Below are positions 9,321 through 19,928 of a stretch of DNA of 64,000 bases, in pieces (the stretch's first letter is position 1; every line of letters begins with the position of its first letter). The translations under genes and the position numbers were made by a program. Below the pieces are notes generated by a model. The model had not been told where the DNA came from. It worked only from the letters and a program-made list of their open reading frames with translations, and ran no database searches. This DNA comes from Rickettsiaceae bacterium (GTDB lineage Bacteria > Pseudomonadota > Alphaproteobacteria > Rickettsiales > UBA1997). The DNA lies in assembly GCA_021323225.1 (NCBI GenBank), contig JAJTCH010000001.1:339408-403407 (forward strand), written 5' to 3'.

Positions 9321-11773
9321 TTCTTACGTTTCTTTACAAAACCGGATTTAGAAGCTTTTTTATTTTGTACCTCAGTAATTATATCTACCGCCCTGTTTAA
9401 GCCAACCTCTAGAATATCATCTTCTTTCACTGATGAATATTTACCGTCATGCAATAAATAAGGGCCAAAAGGTCCAACAGAAGCAATAATTTTTAGACCG
9501 GTTTCTGGATGAATACCAACTTCTCTTGGTAAAGATAAAAGCTTTTTAGCGAGCTTCAAATCAACTTCTTCAACCTTCATATTTTTTGGAACCGAAACCC
9601 GTTTTGGCTTTGGTTTTACTTCTTTTTTTGCTTTAGTGGTTTTTTTACCGCCCGCCTTTGTTTTGATTTTTTTATCAACAACTTCTTCCTCTTTAGCTGG
9701 CTTTAAATCTTCATTTGCCAGTTCAATATATAATCCGTAAGGACCTTTTTTGATAAAAATTTTATCTCCCTTTTTATCACCATCACCAAGCAAAATTGGC
9801 TCGAAAACAGCTTTTTTTGAAGATGCATCTTCAGGATTATCAGGGTCAGATTTCTCAGCAACAAATGATTTAGTGTATTTGCAATCAGGATAATTAGAGC
9901 AACCAACAAAAACACCAAAACCACCAATTTTGATCCCCAAAGTTCCAGTACCGCAAGATGGGCATTGATGTTTTGCTTTACCATTTTCATCAACACCAAA
10001 AATATAAGGAGAAATATGTTGGTTTAAACTTTCCAAAATTTCCGGAATGGCTTTTTTGCTTACCTCGCCAATATTGCCGTTAAATTTTACCCAGAAGCTT
10101 TCCAGGAATTTTTTCCAATCTAATTTTCCGTTAGAAATAATATCCAGATCATCTTCCAATTTGGCGGTATAATCATATTCGACATAATTCGGGAAAAATG
10201 ATTTTAAAAACACCACCACTACTCTGCCCCGCTCTTCAGGAAAAAATCTCTTGCGCTCCAATCTCACATAATCACGATCCTGCAAAACCGAAATTATACT
10301 GGCATAAGTTGAAGGACGGCCAATGCCAAGTTCTTCCATTTTTTTAACCAAACTAGCTTCAGAATATCTTGGGGGTGGTTCTGTAAAATGTTGAGCTGGT
10401 TTTACTTCTAATAAGTTTAAATTGTCAGAAACTTTAACATCAGGCAAAATCATTTTTTCTTCATCTTCTTCATCATCTTTATCTTCATTATAAAGAGTTC
10501 CAAAACCGTCGAATTTAATAACCGAACCAGTCACTCTTAGCTCACCATAATTTGGAATAGTTTTTATGGTAGCAGTGGTTTGATCCATCACTATATCAGC
10601 CATTTGAGAGGCAATCATTCTTTTCCAAATCAAATCGTAAAGCGCTAGAAAATCTTTTTCTAGATACTGAGCAATTGCTTTTGGTGGCAAAGAAAAATCA
10701 GTTGGACGAATTGCTTCATGTGCCTCTTGAGCATTTTTGGCTTTGCTCTTATAAAATATCGGCTTTTCCGGCAAATAATTTTTACCGTAATTTTTATTGA
10801 TAAAATCTCTGGAAGCGGTGATTGCTTCAGGTGAAACATCTACGCCATCTGTTCTCATATAGGTAATTAAACCCAAAGTACCGGAACCAACATCTAAACC
10901 TTCATAAAGTTTTTGGGCGATTTGCATGGTTTTTTTGGAAGAAAATCCCAATTTTCTTGCCGCTTCTTGTTGAAGTGAGGAAGTAATAAAAGGCGGATAT
11001 GGCTTACGTCTAACTTCTTTTTTGTTAACTGCAATTACCTGATAATTTTTGTCCTGAAGTAATTTAGAAATTTCTTCAGCTTGCTTTTTATTGGTAATTG
11101 AAAATTTCTCCAACCTCTTGTCATTAATATGAGTTAAAGTGGCAGTTAGTTTTTGATTGGAATCAGTTTTAAGATCAACTTTTATATCCCAATATTCTTC
11201 GCTTTTAAATGCTTCAATTTCATCTTCTCGGTCACAAATAATTCTAAGGGCAACAGATTGAACACGACCTGCCGATCTACTTCCCGGAAGCTTGCGCCAT
11301 AAAACTGGTGACAAAGTGAAACCAACCAAATAATCCAAAGCTCTTCTTGCTTGTTGGGCATTCACCAAATCAATATCTACATCACGAGGATTTTTTACCG
11401 CTTCTAAAATTGAACTTTTGGTAATTGAATTGAAAACCACCCTTTCAATCTTAGTCTTAGGACCGATGGCTTTTTTTTGTTTTAAAACTTCAGCAACATG
11501 CCAGGCAATTGACTCTCCTTCGCGATCAGGATCGGGAGCTAAAATAATTTTGTCACAAGTCTTAGCTTTATCGACAATAGCTTTGACATATTTGGTGGAT
11601 TTAGGAGAAATTTCATAATGCATGTGAAAGCCTTTATCTGGCTCAACCGAACCATTCTTGCTTGGCAAATCACGAATATGCCCAAATGAAGCTACAACTT
11701 CATAATCTTTCCCCAGATATTTGCCAATTGTTTTGGCTTTGGCTGGAGATTCCACTATTAACAAATTTTTCAT
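9317..11773 (-). CDS. topA: DNA topoisomerase I
   Basis: 818 aa. The N-terminal Toprim sequence LLIVESPAKAKTIGKYLG is present, with the active-site region ITYMRTDG, a C-terminal Zn-ribbon (CPSCGTG...CSNYPDCKY) and a lysine-rich tail. Confidence 0.97.
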   Translation of the reverse strand: MKNLLIVESPAKAKTIGKYLGKDYEVVASFGHIRDLPSKNGSVEPDKGFHMHYEISPKSTKYVKAIVDKAKTCDKIILAPDPDREGESIAWHVAEVLKQKKAIGPKTKIERVVFNSITKSSILEAVKNPRDVDIDLVNAQQARRALDYLVGFTLSPVLWRKLPGSRSAGRVQSVALRIICDREDEIEAFKSEEYWDIKVDLKTDSNQKLTATLTHINDKRLEKFSITNKKQAEEISKLLQDKNYQVIAVNKKEVRRKPYPPFITSSLQQEAARKLGFSSKKTMQIAQKLYEGLDVGSGTLGLITYMRTDGVDVSPEAITASRDFINKNYGKNYLPEKPIFYKSKAKNAQEAHEAIRPTDFSLPPKAIAQYLEKDFLALYDLIWKRMIASQMADIVMDQTTATIKTIPNYGELRVTGSVIKFDGFGTLYNEDKDDEEDEEKMILPDVKVSDNLNLLEVKPAQHFTEPPPRYSEASLVKKMEELGIGRPSTYASIISVLQDRDYVRLERKRFFPEERGRVVVVFLKSFFPNYVEYDYTAKLEDDLDIISNGKLDWKKFLESFWVKFNGNIGEVSKKAIPEILESLNQHISPYIFGVDENGKAKHQCPSCGTGTLGIKIGGFGVFVGCSNYPDCKYTKSFVAEKSDPDNPEDASSKKAVFEPILLGDGDKKGDKIFIKKGPYGLYIELANEDLKPAKEEEVVDKKIKTKAGGKKTTKAKKEVKPKPKRVSVPKNMKVEEVDLKLAKKLLSLPREVGIHPETGLKIIASVGPFGPYLLHDGKYSSVKEDDILEVGLNRAVDIITEVQNKKASKSGFVKKRKK

Positions 11774-11809
11774 TCTTAAATATTTAGATTCTTTAAAGGT
11801 AGCTTTAAG

Positions 11810-12421
11810 CTACATATTCTTGAGACCGATTTTTAAATAAATATATCCGGTAACGACAGTTAGAAATGCAGCGATAGCAAGCAACATTTGGCCGGCAGTT
11901 ACTATTATATCGGCAACTATAAGTTTCAGGTTTTTATCTCCTTGTCCAAATATTTCTCCAACCGCATATTCAGAACCTGGACCACCAATCAATAAAAGAG
12001 TAATTGCAGTCATTTGCGCTGCAGTTTTATATTTTCCAAGCTTGTTGACTGGCATGCCAACATGAAGCCCTGCTAAAAATTCTCTTAAACCAGAAACCAA
12101 AACTTCTCGACAAATAATGATTAGACCCGGAATTGTAATAGCCATATTTTTATCCCCAAAATGGATAAGCATGGTAATGGCAACCATAACCAATAATTTG
12201 TCAGCAATTGGATCAAGACAACGACCAAAATTGGTTTGAGCTTTTAAACTTCTTGCAAAATATCCGTCAAAAAAATCAGTGATGCTGGCCAGCAAAAAAA
12301 GTGAGGCAGCAACAATATTAGCAAGGAATCCGTCAACATAAAATGACATCACCAAAACCGGAATTATGGCGATGCGAAACATGGTTAAAATATTCGGGAG
12401 GCTTTTCACTGTCAGTCTCAT
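11810..12421 (-). CDS. pgsA: CDP-diacylglycerol--glycerol-3-phosphate 3-phosphatidyltransferase
   Basis: CDP-alcohol phosphatidyltransferase motif DFFDGYFARSLKAQTNFGRCLDPIADK. I prefer the internal ATG at 12421 (MRLTVKSLPNILTMFRI...) over the track start at 12484. Confidence 0.9.
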   Translation of the reverse strand: MRLTVKSLPNILTMFRIAIIPVLVMSFYVDGFLANIVAASLFLLASITDFFDGYFARSLKAQTNFGRCLDPIADKLLVMVAITMLIHFGDKNMAITIPGLIIICREVLVSGLREFLAGLHVGMPVNKLGKYKTAAQMTAITLLLIGGPGSEYAVGEIFGQGDKNLKLIVADIIVTAGQMLLAIAAFLTVVTGYIYLKIGLKNM

Positions 12422-12530
12422 AAAATTTCTCTTCAAAATTACATCAAGGTGATAACGGATAAATTGATATAAATTAAAAAGCAAAGGAAATTTTATAAAA
12501 CCGCCTGATATGAAATAGGAGTTTTAAGTT

Positions 12531-12758
12531 TTAATTACCGGAATCTTTTTTCATTAAAACTTCAACTTTCATTTTTGCTTCCGACAATTTTTTGGAGCAA
12601 TGATCTCTAAGAGCTGTGCCTTGTTCATATAGATCGACCATCTCTTCCAAATCAATTTTTCCGCTTCCTAATTTTTCAACTATTTCTTCCAATTTGGATA
12701 GAGCAGTTTCAAAATCCAGCTTTTCAATTTTTTCAATATTGGTTTTTGATTTTGTCAT
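12531..12758 (-). CDS. xseB: exodeoxyribonuclease VII small subunit
   Basis: 75 aa. FETALSKLEEIVEKLGSGKIDLEEMVDLYEQGTALRDHCSKKL is a typical XseB helical hairpin. Confidence 0.9.
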   Translation of the reverse strand: MTKSKTNIEKIEKLDFETALSKLEEIVEKLGSGKIDLEEMVDLYEQGTALRDHCSKKLSEAKMKVEVLMKKDSGN

Positions 12759-12760
12759 AT

Positions 12761-14194
12761 TTAATCCTTGGTAAAATTAAATAGAGGCATTTCGCCACCT
12801 TCTTTGTCAGTTAGTCTGATTGGATATTGTCCGGTAAAGCAGGCATCACAATATTGCGGCATATCTCCTTGCCGCTTTGTTTCTCCAACAGCTCGATATA
12901 AACCATCGATAGAAATATAGGCTAGATGATCAACACCAATCATTTTCGCCATTTCATTAGTATTATAATTTGCAGCCATCAAATCTTTTTTATCTGGCGT
13001 ATCAACACCATAAAAACAAGAATCTGTAGTTGGCGGGCTGGCAATTAGCATAAATATTTCTTTGGCTCCCGCATCTTTAATCATCTGAACAATTTTTTTA
13101 GAAGTGGTGCCACGCACGATTGAATCATCAATCAAGATCACTCTTTTACCTTTGATGACATTAACATTGGCATTGTGTTTTAGCTTCACCCCGAAATGGC
13201 GGATTTTATCGCTTGGCTCGATAAAAGTTCTGCCCACATAGTGGTTACGAATGATACCAAGTTCAAAAGGGATTTTAGATTGCAATGAATAGCCTATTGC
13301 CGCCGGCACGCCGGAATCCGGAATTGGCACCACAACATCAGCGTCAATTTTAACTTCTTTGGCAAGTTCTATACCGATATTTTTGCGCATTTGGTAAACG
13401 CTCTTTCCTTCCAAAGCACTATCAGGACGGGCAAAATAAATATATTCAAAAATGCAAAATTTGGAAGGGGCAGGTTTGAAAGGCTCAATGCTTTTAATGC
13501 CTTGATTATCAATTATCAGCAGCTCTCCATGTTTTATATCACGAACAAATTCAGCGCCGATAATGTCAAAAGCGCAAGTCTCACTAGCAACAACATCCGC
13601 ATCTCCTAATTTTCCAAGCACGAGTGGGCGAACTCCGAACGGGTCGCGAATGGCAATGATGCCATCTTTATGCAAAATTACTAAAGAATAAGCGCCTTCA
13701 ATTTGTGTAACTGCATCAACAATTTTGTCAATCAAAGTGTTTTTTTGGCTAAGAGCAATTAGATGGATTATAACTTCCGTATCCATTGAAGATTGAAAAA
13801 TTGAACCTCTTTCAATCAATGCCTTTCTAAGTACCGCAGCATTAGTTAAATTTCCGTTATGGGCAATCGCCAAAGAACCAAAGCTAAATTCGGCAAAAAT
13901 CGGCTGATAATTTCTGGCAGTTTTTTTCCCCGCGGTTGAATAGCGCACATGGCCGATTGCAATATCGCCTTGTAGCTTGTTTGTTACTTCTGCTGAATTG
14001 AAATTATCTCCAACTAAACCATTGGCAAAATGCATGGCAAAAGTACCATTATCGCAAACAACAATTCCGCCCGCTTCTTGACCGCGATGCTGTAGGGCAT
14101 GCAATCCAAGTGCAGTATTGACTCCGGCATCTTTACTATTAAAAATGCCAAATACTCCACATTCTTCTCTTAGCTTGTCGTCAAAAGGAATCAT
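12761..14194 (-). CDS. purF: amidophosphoribosyltransferase
   Basis: 477 aa. Ntn-amidotransferase start ...ECGVFGIF, plus HRGQEAGGI and the PRTase motif VILIDDSIVRGTTS. Confidence 0.97.
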   Translation of the reverse strand: MIPFDDKLREECGVFGIFNSKDAGVNTALGLHALQHRGQEAGGIVVCDNGTFAMHFANGLVGDNFNSAEVTNKLQGDIAIGHVRYSTAGKKTARNYQPIFAEFSFGSLAIAHNGNLTNAAVLRKALIERGSIFQSSMDTEVIIHLIALSQKNTLIDKIVDAVTQIEGAYSLVILHKDGIIAIRDPFGVRPLVLGKLGDADVVASETCAFDIIGAEFVRDIKHGELLIIDNQGIKSIEPFKPAPSKFCIFEYIYFARPDSALEGKSVYQMRKNIGIELAKEVKIDADVVVPIPDSGVPAAIGYSLQSKIPFELGIIRNHYVGRTFIEPSDKIRHFGVKLKHNANVNVIKGKRVILIDDSIVRGTTSKKIVQMIKDAGAKEIFMLIASPPTTDSCFYGVDTPDKKDLMAANYNTNEMAKMIGVDHLAYISIDGLYRAVGETKRQGDMPQYCDACFTGQYPIRLTDKEGGEMPLFNFTKD

Positions 14195-14219
14195 AAGTTA
14201 ATGATTAAATTGTTAATGA

Positions 14220-16322
14220 TTACTTAATGTCGTCGTAATTCATTCTCGACATTAGATATTTATAAACTATCAAATTCTCCATGATTCTTTGTACATAATT
14301 TCTAGTCTCAGAATAAGTTATTAGCTCAACCCAATCTACTACCTTATCAATATTTTTTTCTTGTCTTGGGTCATAGAATTCCTTGATCCATCTTTTAGTA
14401 GCACCTGGGCCAGCATTGTAAGAAGCAATTGCCAGAAGCTCAGAACCATTAAAATCATCAATCAGGGATTTGATATAATATGAACCCAAAACAATGTTGT
14501 AGCTTACATCTGTAGCTAATTTATTTCGGTTATATTTAATGCCGATTTTTTTACAAACCAGGCTGGCGGTTTCTGGCATCAATTGCATAAAACCGATAGC
14601 GCCAACCGGACTAAGTGCGGTTGGAGCAAAGCCACTTTCTTGCTTGATAATCGCATGAACTAAAGGAGCGTGGGAATCATTCTCAATTTCTTTTATGATT
14701 TGGAATTTGTCTTTAATGAAGAAGACATTTCTTTTGGCCGCCGCTTTAGAAATTTTAACATCCAACTCTTTATTACCTATTTCATTTACAACCTTCATTA
14801 TAACAGCAATTTCACCGTCAGTTTCTGCATTGGCAACTCCATATTCAAAAATTTTGGCGGCGCTTTTTCTATCACCAATTAAGGCTAAAATATAGGCAAC
14901 TTTAACTGAATTTTCTTTAGAAACCGAAATTACATCAGCACCGGAAATAGTAGGATCTTTTGGCAAAATAGTATCTTCTTGGGAACCACTGGTGTCCAGA
15001 GTGCGGCGCTTATGTATCGCCAATTGGCCATAAAAATAAGTTGGATATTTGGCAGCAACTTTATACCAATCAATGGCATTTTTCTTGTCACCCATTTCCA
15101 AAGCAGCCATGCCCAGCCAGTAAGCAGCACGAGAGATGCTAACCGGATAACTAACATTCAAGTAAAGGTTATTGAAGTGATTATAAGCAATTTTTGGCTT
15201 ATCCAAAAAGCGTAAAGCTATCCACCCCGCGGTCCATTCTGCATCAGAAAAGTCAGTATCTTTAGGTTCTAAACCGTGATTAGAAATTATGTTATAGGCA
15301 TCTTTATATTCCTTGGTTTTAATCATCTCCCTACCATAAAGCTTCCTAAGCGGCCACCATTTGTCAGGATTATTCACATTAGCGGGAATGGTTAACAATA
15401 TTTTAACCAAATCATCAACAGTGGTATCTTTTCCGATTTGAGATTTTTTATACATTACCAACTTATAAGCCAGAAGCTCATTGCCTCTAAGGTTTTTTGG
15501 AACCGAAGCAATAATTTTATCAACCTGCTGAGGATTTTTTTTGCTAAGGTCAATAATGGCATAAAAGAGAGTTTTATAATCGCTGTCATTCACCAAGTAA
15601 AAAATCCTTTTAGCTTCTTCACTTTTGTTATCCCACAATAGGCGCTCTATTCTTGCTATATGATTTTCTTCGGTCAACTTGCTGGCATGTTCAGCAAAGA
15701 ATTTTTGCTCACTATTAGCAGATAAATTTTCATTAACCCAGATATCCACAACCAAATCCTGGATATTTTTTTGCAGTTCTTTTTTTTGGCTTGAATCTTT
15801 GGTGGAAGCCAGATCATCAATTTCTGATTTTAGCAAATAAAGCTTTGAATCAAGGCTAAGGGCAGGAAATTTTTCAAAATATTCTTTTGATGCTTCGTAA
15901 GGAATATTGTTAGCAAGCGCAACTTTTTCGACATTTTTTTCTAACCCGGAGATATTGGGAAAAAACCGGTTATTACTAACGAATTTAGAAATATCCTCAA
16001 ACTCAACATCCCTAACACTTACTGTTTTACTGCCAACCTGCCTATATTTATTCCACAAAGCGATATCAAGAACTGCGTCGGAAAAATTGGACTGGCCCTG
16101 CATCTTTTTAGCGATTTCGGCAGCTTTTTTATAATCATCAACATCAATAGCCAAAGATAATTCCTTAAGATTTTCTACATCTTCTTTTTTTAATCCCCCC
16201 CATAATCTTTGGCTCATCTGCTTTTTAGGAGCATCGGCAGAAAAGGAGTTATTGATAAAAAAAGGAAAACAAGAGATCACCAAAAAAACATGAATCGTAA
16301 ATTTTAATTTCTTGAAGAGCAC
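14220..16322 (-). CDS. slt: soluble lytic murein transglycosylase (Slt70-like)
   Basis: 700 aa with a GTG start and a signal peptide. A long superhelical N-domain is followed by the C-terminal SLT catalytic motifs AIIKQESGFAPTALSPVGAIGFMQLMP and SYNAGPG. Confidence 0.85.
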   Translation of the reverse strand: MLFKKLKFTIHVFLVISCFPFFINNSFSADAPKKQMSQRLWGGLKKEDVENLKELSLAIDVDDYKKAAEIAKKMQGQSNFSDAVLDIALWNKYRQVGSKTVSVRDVEFEDISKFVSNNRFFPNISGLEKNVEKVALANNIPYEASKEYFEKFPALSLDSKLYLLKSEIDDLASTKDSSQKKELQKNIQDLVVDIWVNENLSANSEQKFFAEHASKLTEENHIARIERLLWDNKSEEAKRIFYLVNDSDYKTLFYAIIDLSKKNPQQVDKIIASVPKNLRGNELLAYKLVMYKKSQIGKDTTVDDLVKILLTIPANVNNPDKWWPLRKLYGREMIKTKEYKDAYNIISNHGLEPKDTDFSDAEWTAGWIALRFLDKPKIAYNHFNNLYLNVSYPVSISRAAYWLGMAALEMGDKKNAIDWYKVAAKYPTYFYGQLAIHKRRTLDTSGSQEDTILPKDPTISGADVISVSKENSVKVAYILALIGDRKSAAKIFEYGVANAETDGEIAVIMKVVNEIGNKELDVKISKAAAKRNVFFIKDKFQIIKEIENDSHAPLVHAIIKQESGFAPTALSPVGAIGFMQLMPETASLVCKKIGIKYNRNKLATDVSYNIVLGSYYIKSLIDDFNGSELLAIASYNAGPGATKRWIKEFYDPRQEKNIDKVVDWVELITYSETRNYVQRIMENLIVYKYLMSRMNYDDIK

Positions 16323-16618
16323 GAGATTAAAAGCTTTTGGAGTTGCTGGAAAAACAAAAGGAGCGGTAATTCTTATGATAAAAAGATATTTTACAACTCG
16401 TAAGAAGAGTCCATTTAAAATCTAAAGATCTAGATAAATAAAATTTATTGGTACAGTCGAATACATCTGCCCAGCATTGCGTGGTACCCATATATCAAAT
16501 CAGAATGATATTGGGAAATAATTTTAGATTTGGTATAAAAATTCTTTAATTTTTAAAAAAACTTGACTAGGATGCGTGTGTTTTCTGCCTTTCAACCACT
16601 CTTTCCAATTTTAAATAA

Positions 16619-16966
16619 ATGGACTTAATCAGCAAAATTGCCATTAAAATTTCCTGTAATCAAGTTGGCATTGATGAATTTGGCAATAAATATTTTGAAG
16701 CAAAAAATCCCACCAATGGCCGCAAAAAAAGATGCGTCATATATAAAGGAATGGCAGAGCCAAGCAAAGTACCACCTGAATGGCATGGTTGGCTGCACTA
16801 TACCAGCGATGAAATCCCAAAAATAACCCACAGGAATTCTTGGCAAAAAACCCATCTACCAAATTTAACCGGAACCAAATTTGCTTATTTTCCATCCGGA
16901 AGCAAATATGGAAAAGACAATAGAAACAAAGTTAGCTCTGACTATCAACCTTGGCAACCAAACTAA
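16619..16966 (+). CDS. NDUFA12-like (NADH:ubiquinone oxidoreductase subunit 17.2 kDa family) protein
   Basis: 115 aa. GIDEFGNKYFE...RCVIYKG...SKVPPEWHGWLHYTSDEIP is the conserved NDUFA12 signature found in alphaproteobacteria and mitochondria. Confidence 0.85.
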   Translation: MDLISKIAIKISCNQVGIDEFGNKYFEAKNPTNGRKKRCVIYKGMAEPSKVPPEWHGWLHYTSDEIPKITHRNSWQKTHLPNLTGTKFAYFPSGSKYGKDNRNKVSSDYQPWQPN

Positions 16967-16974
16967 ATTTAACC

Positions 16975-17445
16975 ATGAAACATAACAATCTTTTTGAAGT
17001 AATTGTCGGAACTTTTGTTTTAGTTTGCGCAACATATTTCTTTTTCTTCTCTTTCAACAAATCCGGCATTTCCACTTCAAAAACTTATCAAGTTTCTGCA
17101 AAATTTGATAATATTGACGGCATAAGCGCCGGCAGCGACATCAAAATTTCTGGCGTTAAAATTGGCTCAGTTTCTGCTGCCATGATTGAACCAGAAACTT
17201 ATAGAGCAATTTTAAAATTAGATATTGATCGCGATATTAAACTTCCTAAAGATTCGTCAGCTAAAGTTTTAAGCTCTGGCCTTTTGGGTGGAAAATATAT
17301 TGCCATAGAAGTTGGCGCTGAAGAAGAAATGTTAGCAAATGGTGACCAAATTCAATTCACTCAATCAGGGGTAAATTTTGAAGAACTTCTTGGAAAATTC
17401 ATTTTCGGATCAACAAAAAAAGAAAATGAAAATGAGAAAAAGTAA
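16975..17445 (+). CDS. mlaD: outer membrane lipid asymmetry maintenance protein MlaD (MCE domain)
   Basis: ATG at 16975 (MKHNNLFEVIVGTFVLV...). An N-terminal TM anchor precedes an MCE fold (GISAGSDIKISGVKIGSVS...). The upstream TTG in the track adds only 8 aa. Confidence 0.8.
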   Translation: MKHNNLFEVIVGTFVLVCATYFFFFSFNKSGISTSKTYQVSAKFDNIDGISAGSDIKISGVKIGSVSAAMIEPETYRAILKLDIDRDIKLPKDSSAKVLSSGLLGGKYIAIEVGAEEEMLANGDQIQFTQSGVNFEELLGKFIFGSTKKENENEKK

Positions 17446-17890
17446 TCTTATTTTAGCTTTATCCCTTCTTGCTTTTTCAAGCCAAAATGCTTCAGCCATA
17501 CCTTTCTTTGGCGACAAACCCAAGCCTGAAATAAAAGCAGAAAATAGTGAAGATTTAGCCACAGATAAAATCGACCAAAACAGCTTTTCTAATATCGCCA
17601 TTGTGCAAGTGCTTGATAAAATAAATGCCAAAAGCTCTGAACTAAAAATCAATGTTGGTGCACAAGCGAGCTTTGGAAAACTGGTAATAAAAGTTAAAAA
17701 ATGTTGGAAATCATCACCGGAACAAAGACCGGAAAATAAAATTCTGGTAGAAGTTGAAGAACTAGGCTCTGAAGAAAAATCTCCTAAAAAACAAATATTT
17801 TACGGGTGGTTATTTTCCTCCAGTCCTTCAATTTCAGGTATTGAACACCCGATCTATGACATCACAGCCATAAGTTGCCAATATAAATAA
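17426..17890 (+). CDS. DUF2155-family periplasmic protein
   Basis: Start at MKMRKSNLILALSLLAFSSQNASA (signal peptide). VQVLDKINAKSSELKINVGAQASFGKLVIKVKKCW...FYGWLFSSSPSISGIEHPIYDITAISC matches my memory of DUF2155, which commonly follows NDUFA12/MlaD in alphaproteobacteria. Confidence 0.7.
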   Translation: MKMRKSNLILALSLLAFSSQNASAIPFFGDKPKPEIKAENSEDLATDKIDQNSFSNIAIVQVLDKINAKSSELKINVGAQASFGKLVIKVKKCWKSSPEQRPENKILVEVEELGSEEKSPKKQIFYGWLFSSSPSISGIEHPIYDITAISCQYK

Positions 17891-18537
17891 TGAGCCAAAT
17901 AAAAATCGCACCTTCAATCCTGTCAGCCAATTTTGCCAATCTTGGTGAAGAGGTAAAATCCATCACCAAAGCTGGTGCGGATTATATCCATATTGATGTT
18001 ATGGATGGCAGTTTTGTTCCCAATATCACCATTGGCCCGGATGTTATAAAATCAATTAGGTCAGCCACCACTGCGCCTTTTGATGTTCACTTGATGATCA
18101 ATAATCCTGACAATCATGTAGAAAATTTTGCCGCCTCAGGAGCTGACATAATTACTATTCACGCTGAGGCCAGCACCCACCTTCATCGCAGCATTCAAAA
18201 AATAAAATCTCTTGGCAAAAAAACTGGTGTTTCCATCGTTCCATCAACCAGCGAAAATGAGCTGGATTATATTTTGGAAGATATTGATTTAGTTTTGGTA
18301 ATGACTGTCAATCCTGGTTTTGGCGGACAAAAATTCATTTCTTCTCAGCTTAAAAAAATTGAATCTATTGCCAATAAAATTTCTAAATTAGGTAAAAAAA
18401 TTGAGTTGGAAGTTGATGGCGGCATTAATCCTGAAACCGCTAAACAAACTATTAATTGCGGCGCCAATGTTTTAGTTGCCGGTTCATTTATATTTAGCTC
18501 GCCTGATTACGCCCAAGCTATTAAGAGTCTTCGTTAG
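17890..18537 (+). CDS. rpe: ribulose-phosphate 3-epimerase
   Basis: 215 aa. [55 protein letters not shown]. Confidence 0.95.
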   Translation: MSQIKIAPSILSANFANLGEEVKSITKAGADYIHIDVMDGSFVPNITIGPDVIKSIRSATTAPFDVHLMINNPDNHVENFAASGADIITIHAEASTHLHRSIQKIKSLGKKTGVSIVPSTSENELDYILEDIDLVLVMTVNPGFGGQKFISSQLKKIESIANKISKLGKKIELEVDGGINPETAKQTINCGANVLVAGSFIFSSPDYAQAIKSLR

Positions 18538-18547
18538 TATTTTTCCT

Positions 18548-19225
18548 ATGAGTGATACGCAAAATTACAGTTACAAATTGCAATTACCTGAAATTGCCGG
18601 GTCGGATAATAAAGTTTTGATGCATAGCTGCTGCGCGCCTTGCGCCGGAGATTTGATGGAAAGAATGATTGAATCCGGAATTGATCTAACAATCTTTTTT
18701 TACAATCCGAATATTCATCCGAAAAAGGAATATGAGATCCGCAAGGAAGAAAATATTCGCTTTGCCGAGAAACTAAAAATCCCCTTTATTGATGCGGATT
18801 ATGACGTGCAAAATTGGTTTGCCAGGGCTAAGGGCTTAGAACAAGCTCCGGAAAGAGGAGAAAGATGCACCAAATGTTTTGATATGCGTTTTGAGCGCAC
18901 TGCCCTTTATGCTTTTGAAAATGGTTTCAAAATTATCACCAGCTCTCTTGGGATTTCCCGCTGGAAAAATATGGATCAAATCAATGATTGCGGCGTAAAA
19001 GCTGCCAGCCATTATGAAGGAATCCATTACTGGACATATAATTGGCGCAAAGCAGGTGGCGCTGAAAGAATGTATCAAATCGCCAAAAGAGAAGAATTTT
19101 ATAAACAGGAATATTGCGGATGCATCTTTTCTCTACGCGATTCCAACAATTGGAGAAGGCAAAATGGCAGAGAAGAAATTGCCATCGGGGAAGAATTTTA
19201 TGGCTATGAGCAACCAAACCAATAG
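18548..19225 (+). CDS. queH: epoxyqueuosine reductase QueH (DUF208)
   Basis: ATG at 18548 (MSDTQNY...). Contains [25 protein letters not shown] and EYCGC cysteine motifs characteristic of QueH. Confidence 0.85.
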   Translation: MSDTQNYSYKLQLPEIAGSDNKVLMHSCCAPCAGDLMERMIESGIDLTIFFYNPNIHPKKEYEIRKEENIRFAEKLKIPFIDADYDVQNWFARAKGLEQAPERGERCTKCFDMRFERTALYAFENGFKIITSSLGISRWKNMDQINDCGVKAASHYEGIHYWTYNWRKAGGAERMYQIAKREEFYKQEYCGCIFSLRDSNNWRRQNGREEIAIGEEFYGYEQPNQ

Positions 19226-19928
19226 GCCACAAAACAATAATATCTTTCCGCTAAAAAAATCCTCCATCGACCAAATCTTTTCCATTCTTTCCAAGCAAAA
19301 TCCCCACCCAAAAACTGAGCTGGAATATAAAAATAATTACACACTTTTAGTGGCTGTAGTTTTATCCGCCCAAAGCACAGATGTTGGCGTTAACAAAGCA
19401 ACTAAAAAACTTTTCGCAATTGCTGATACGCCGGAAAAAATGCTGGAACTTGGTGAGGACAATCTAAAAAAATACATCAATACAATCGGGCTTTATAATA
19501 ACAAAGCCAAAAATGTTATCGCTCTTTCAAAAATCCTGATTGAAAACTATAACTCGGAAGTTCCAGAAAATTTAGAAATTCTGCAATCACTTCCCGGAGT
19601 TGGCAGAAAAACTGCCAATGTGGTCCTAAACTGCGCCTTTGGCCATCCGACAATTGCGGTTGATACCCATGTTTTTAGAGTCAGCAACAGAATTGGCCTG
19701 GTTAATGAGAAAGATGTTTTTAAAACTGAAAATTCTCTGCTAAAAACCATACCCAAACAATGGCAGCAACATGCTCATCATTGGCTGATCCTTCATGGAA
19801 GATATATTTGCACTGCCAAAAAACCAAAATGTGAAATCTGCCCAGTCAGTCAATATTGCCAATTCTACCACCAATATAAGAATGAACTATCCGCTAGCAA
19901 AAATCTCAATTCAAAATCTGCTGCATAA
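19200..19928 (+). CDS. nth: endonuclease III
   Basis: Start chosen at the ATG at 19200 (MAMSNQ...). Contains [28 protein letters not shown], the HhH motif [13 protein letters not shown], and the 4Fe-4S cluster [17 protein letters not shown]. Confidence 0.93.
   Translation: MAMSNQTNRPQNNNIFPLKKSSIDQIFSILSKQNPHPKTELEYKNNYTLLVAVVLSAQSTDVGVNKATKKLFAIADTPEKMLELGEDNLKKYINTIGLYNNKAKNVIALSKILIENYNSEVPENLEILQSLPGVGRKTANVVLNCAFGHPTIAVDTHVFRVSNRIGLVNEKDVFKTENSLLKTIPKQWQQHAHHWLILHGRYICTAKKPKCEICPVSQYCQFYHQYKNELSASKNLNSKSAA

Noticed and set aside
16375-16425. 16-codon K/R-rich mini-ORF (MIKRYFTTRKKSPFKI) with AAGGAG upstream
   Set aside because: It is too short to assess and shows no resemblance to known leader peptides or ribosomal mini-proteins. 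In AT-rich DNA it could arise by chance.
16323-16618. 296-bp AT-rich divergent intergenic region at a strand-orientation switch, considered as a possible replication origin
   Set aside because: I found no TTATCCACA-like DnaA boxes or repeated AT-rich 13-mers, and none of the usual origin-flanking genes are present. It is more simply a pair of divergent promoters. A TTGACT hexamer at about 16563 has no convincing -10 partner.
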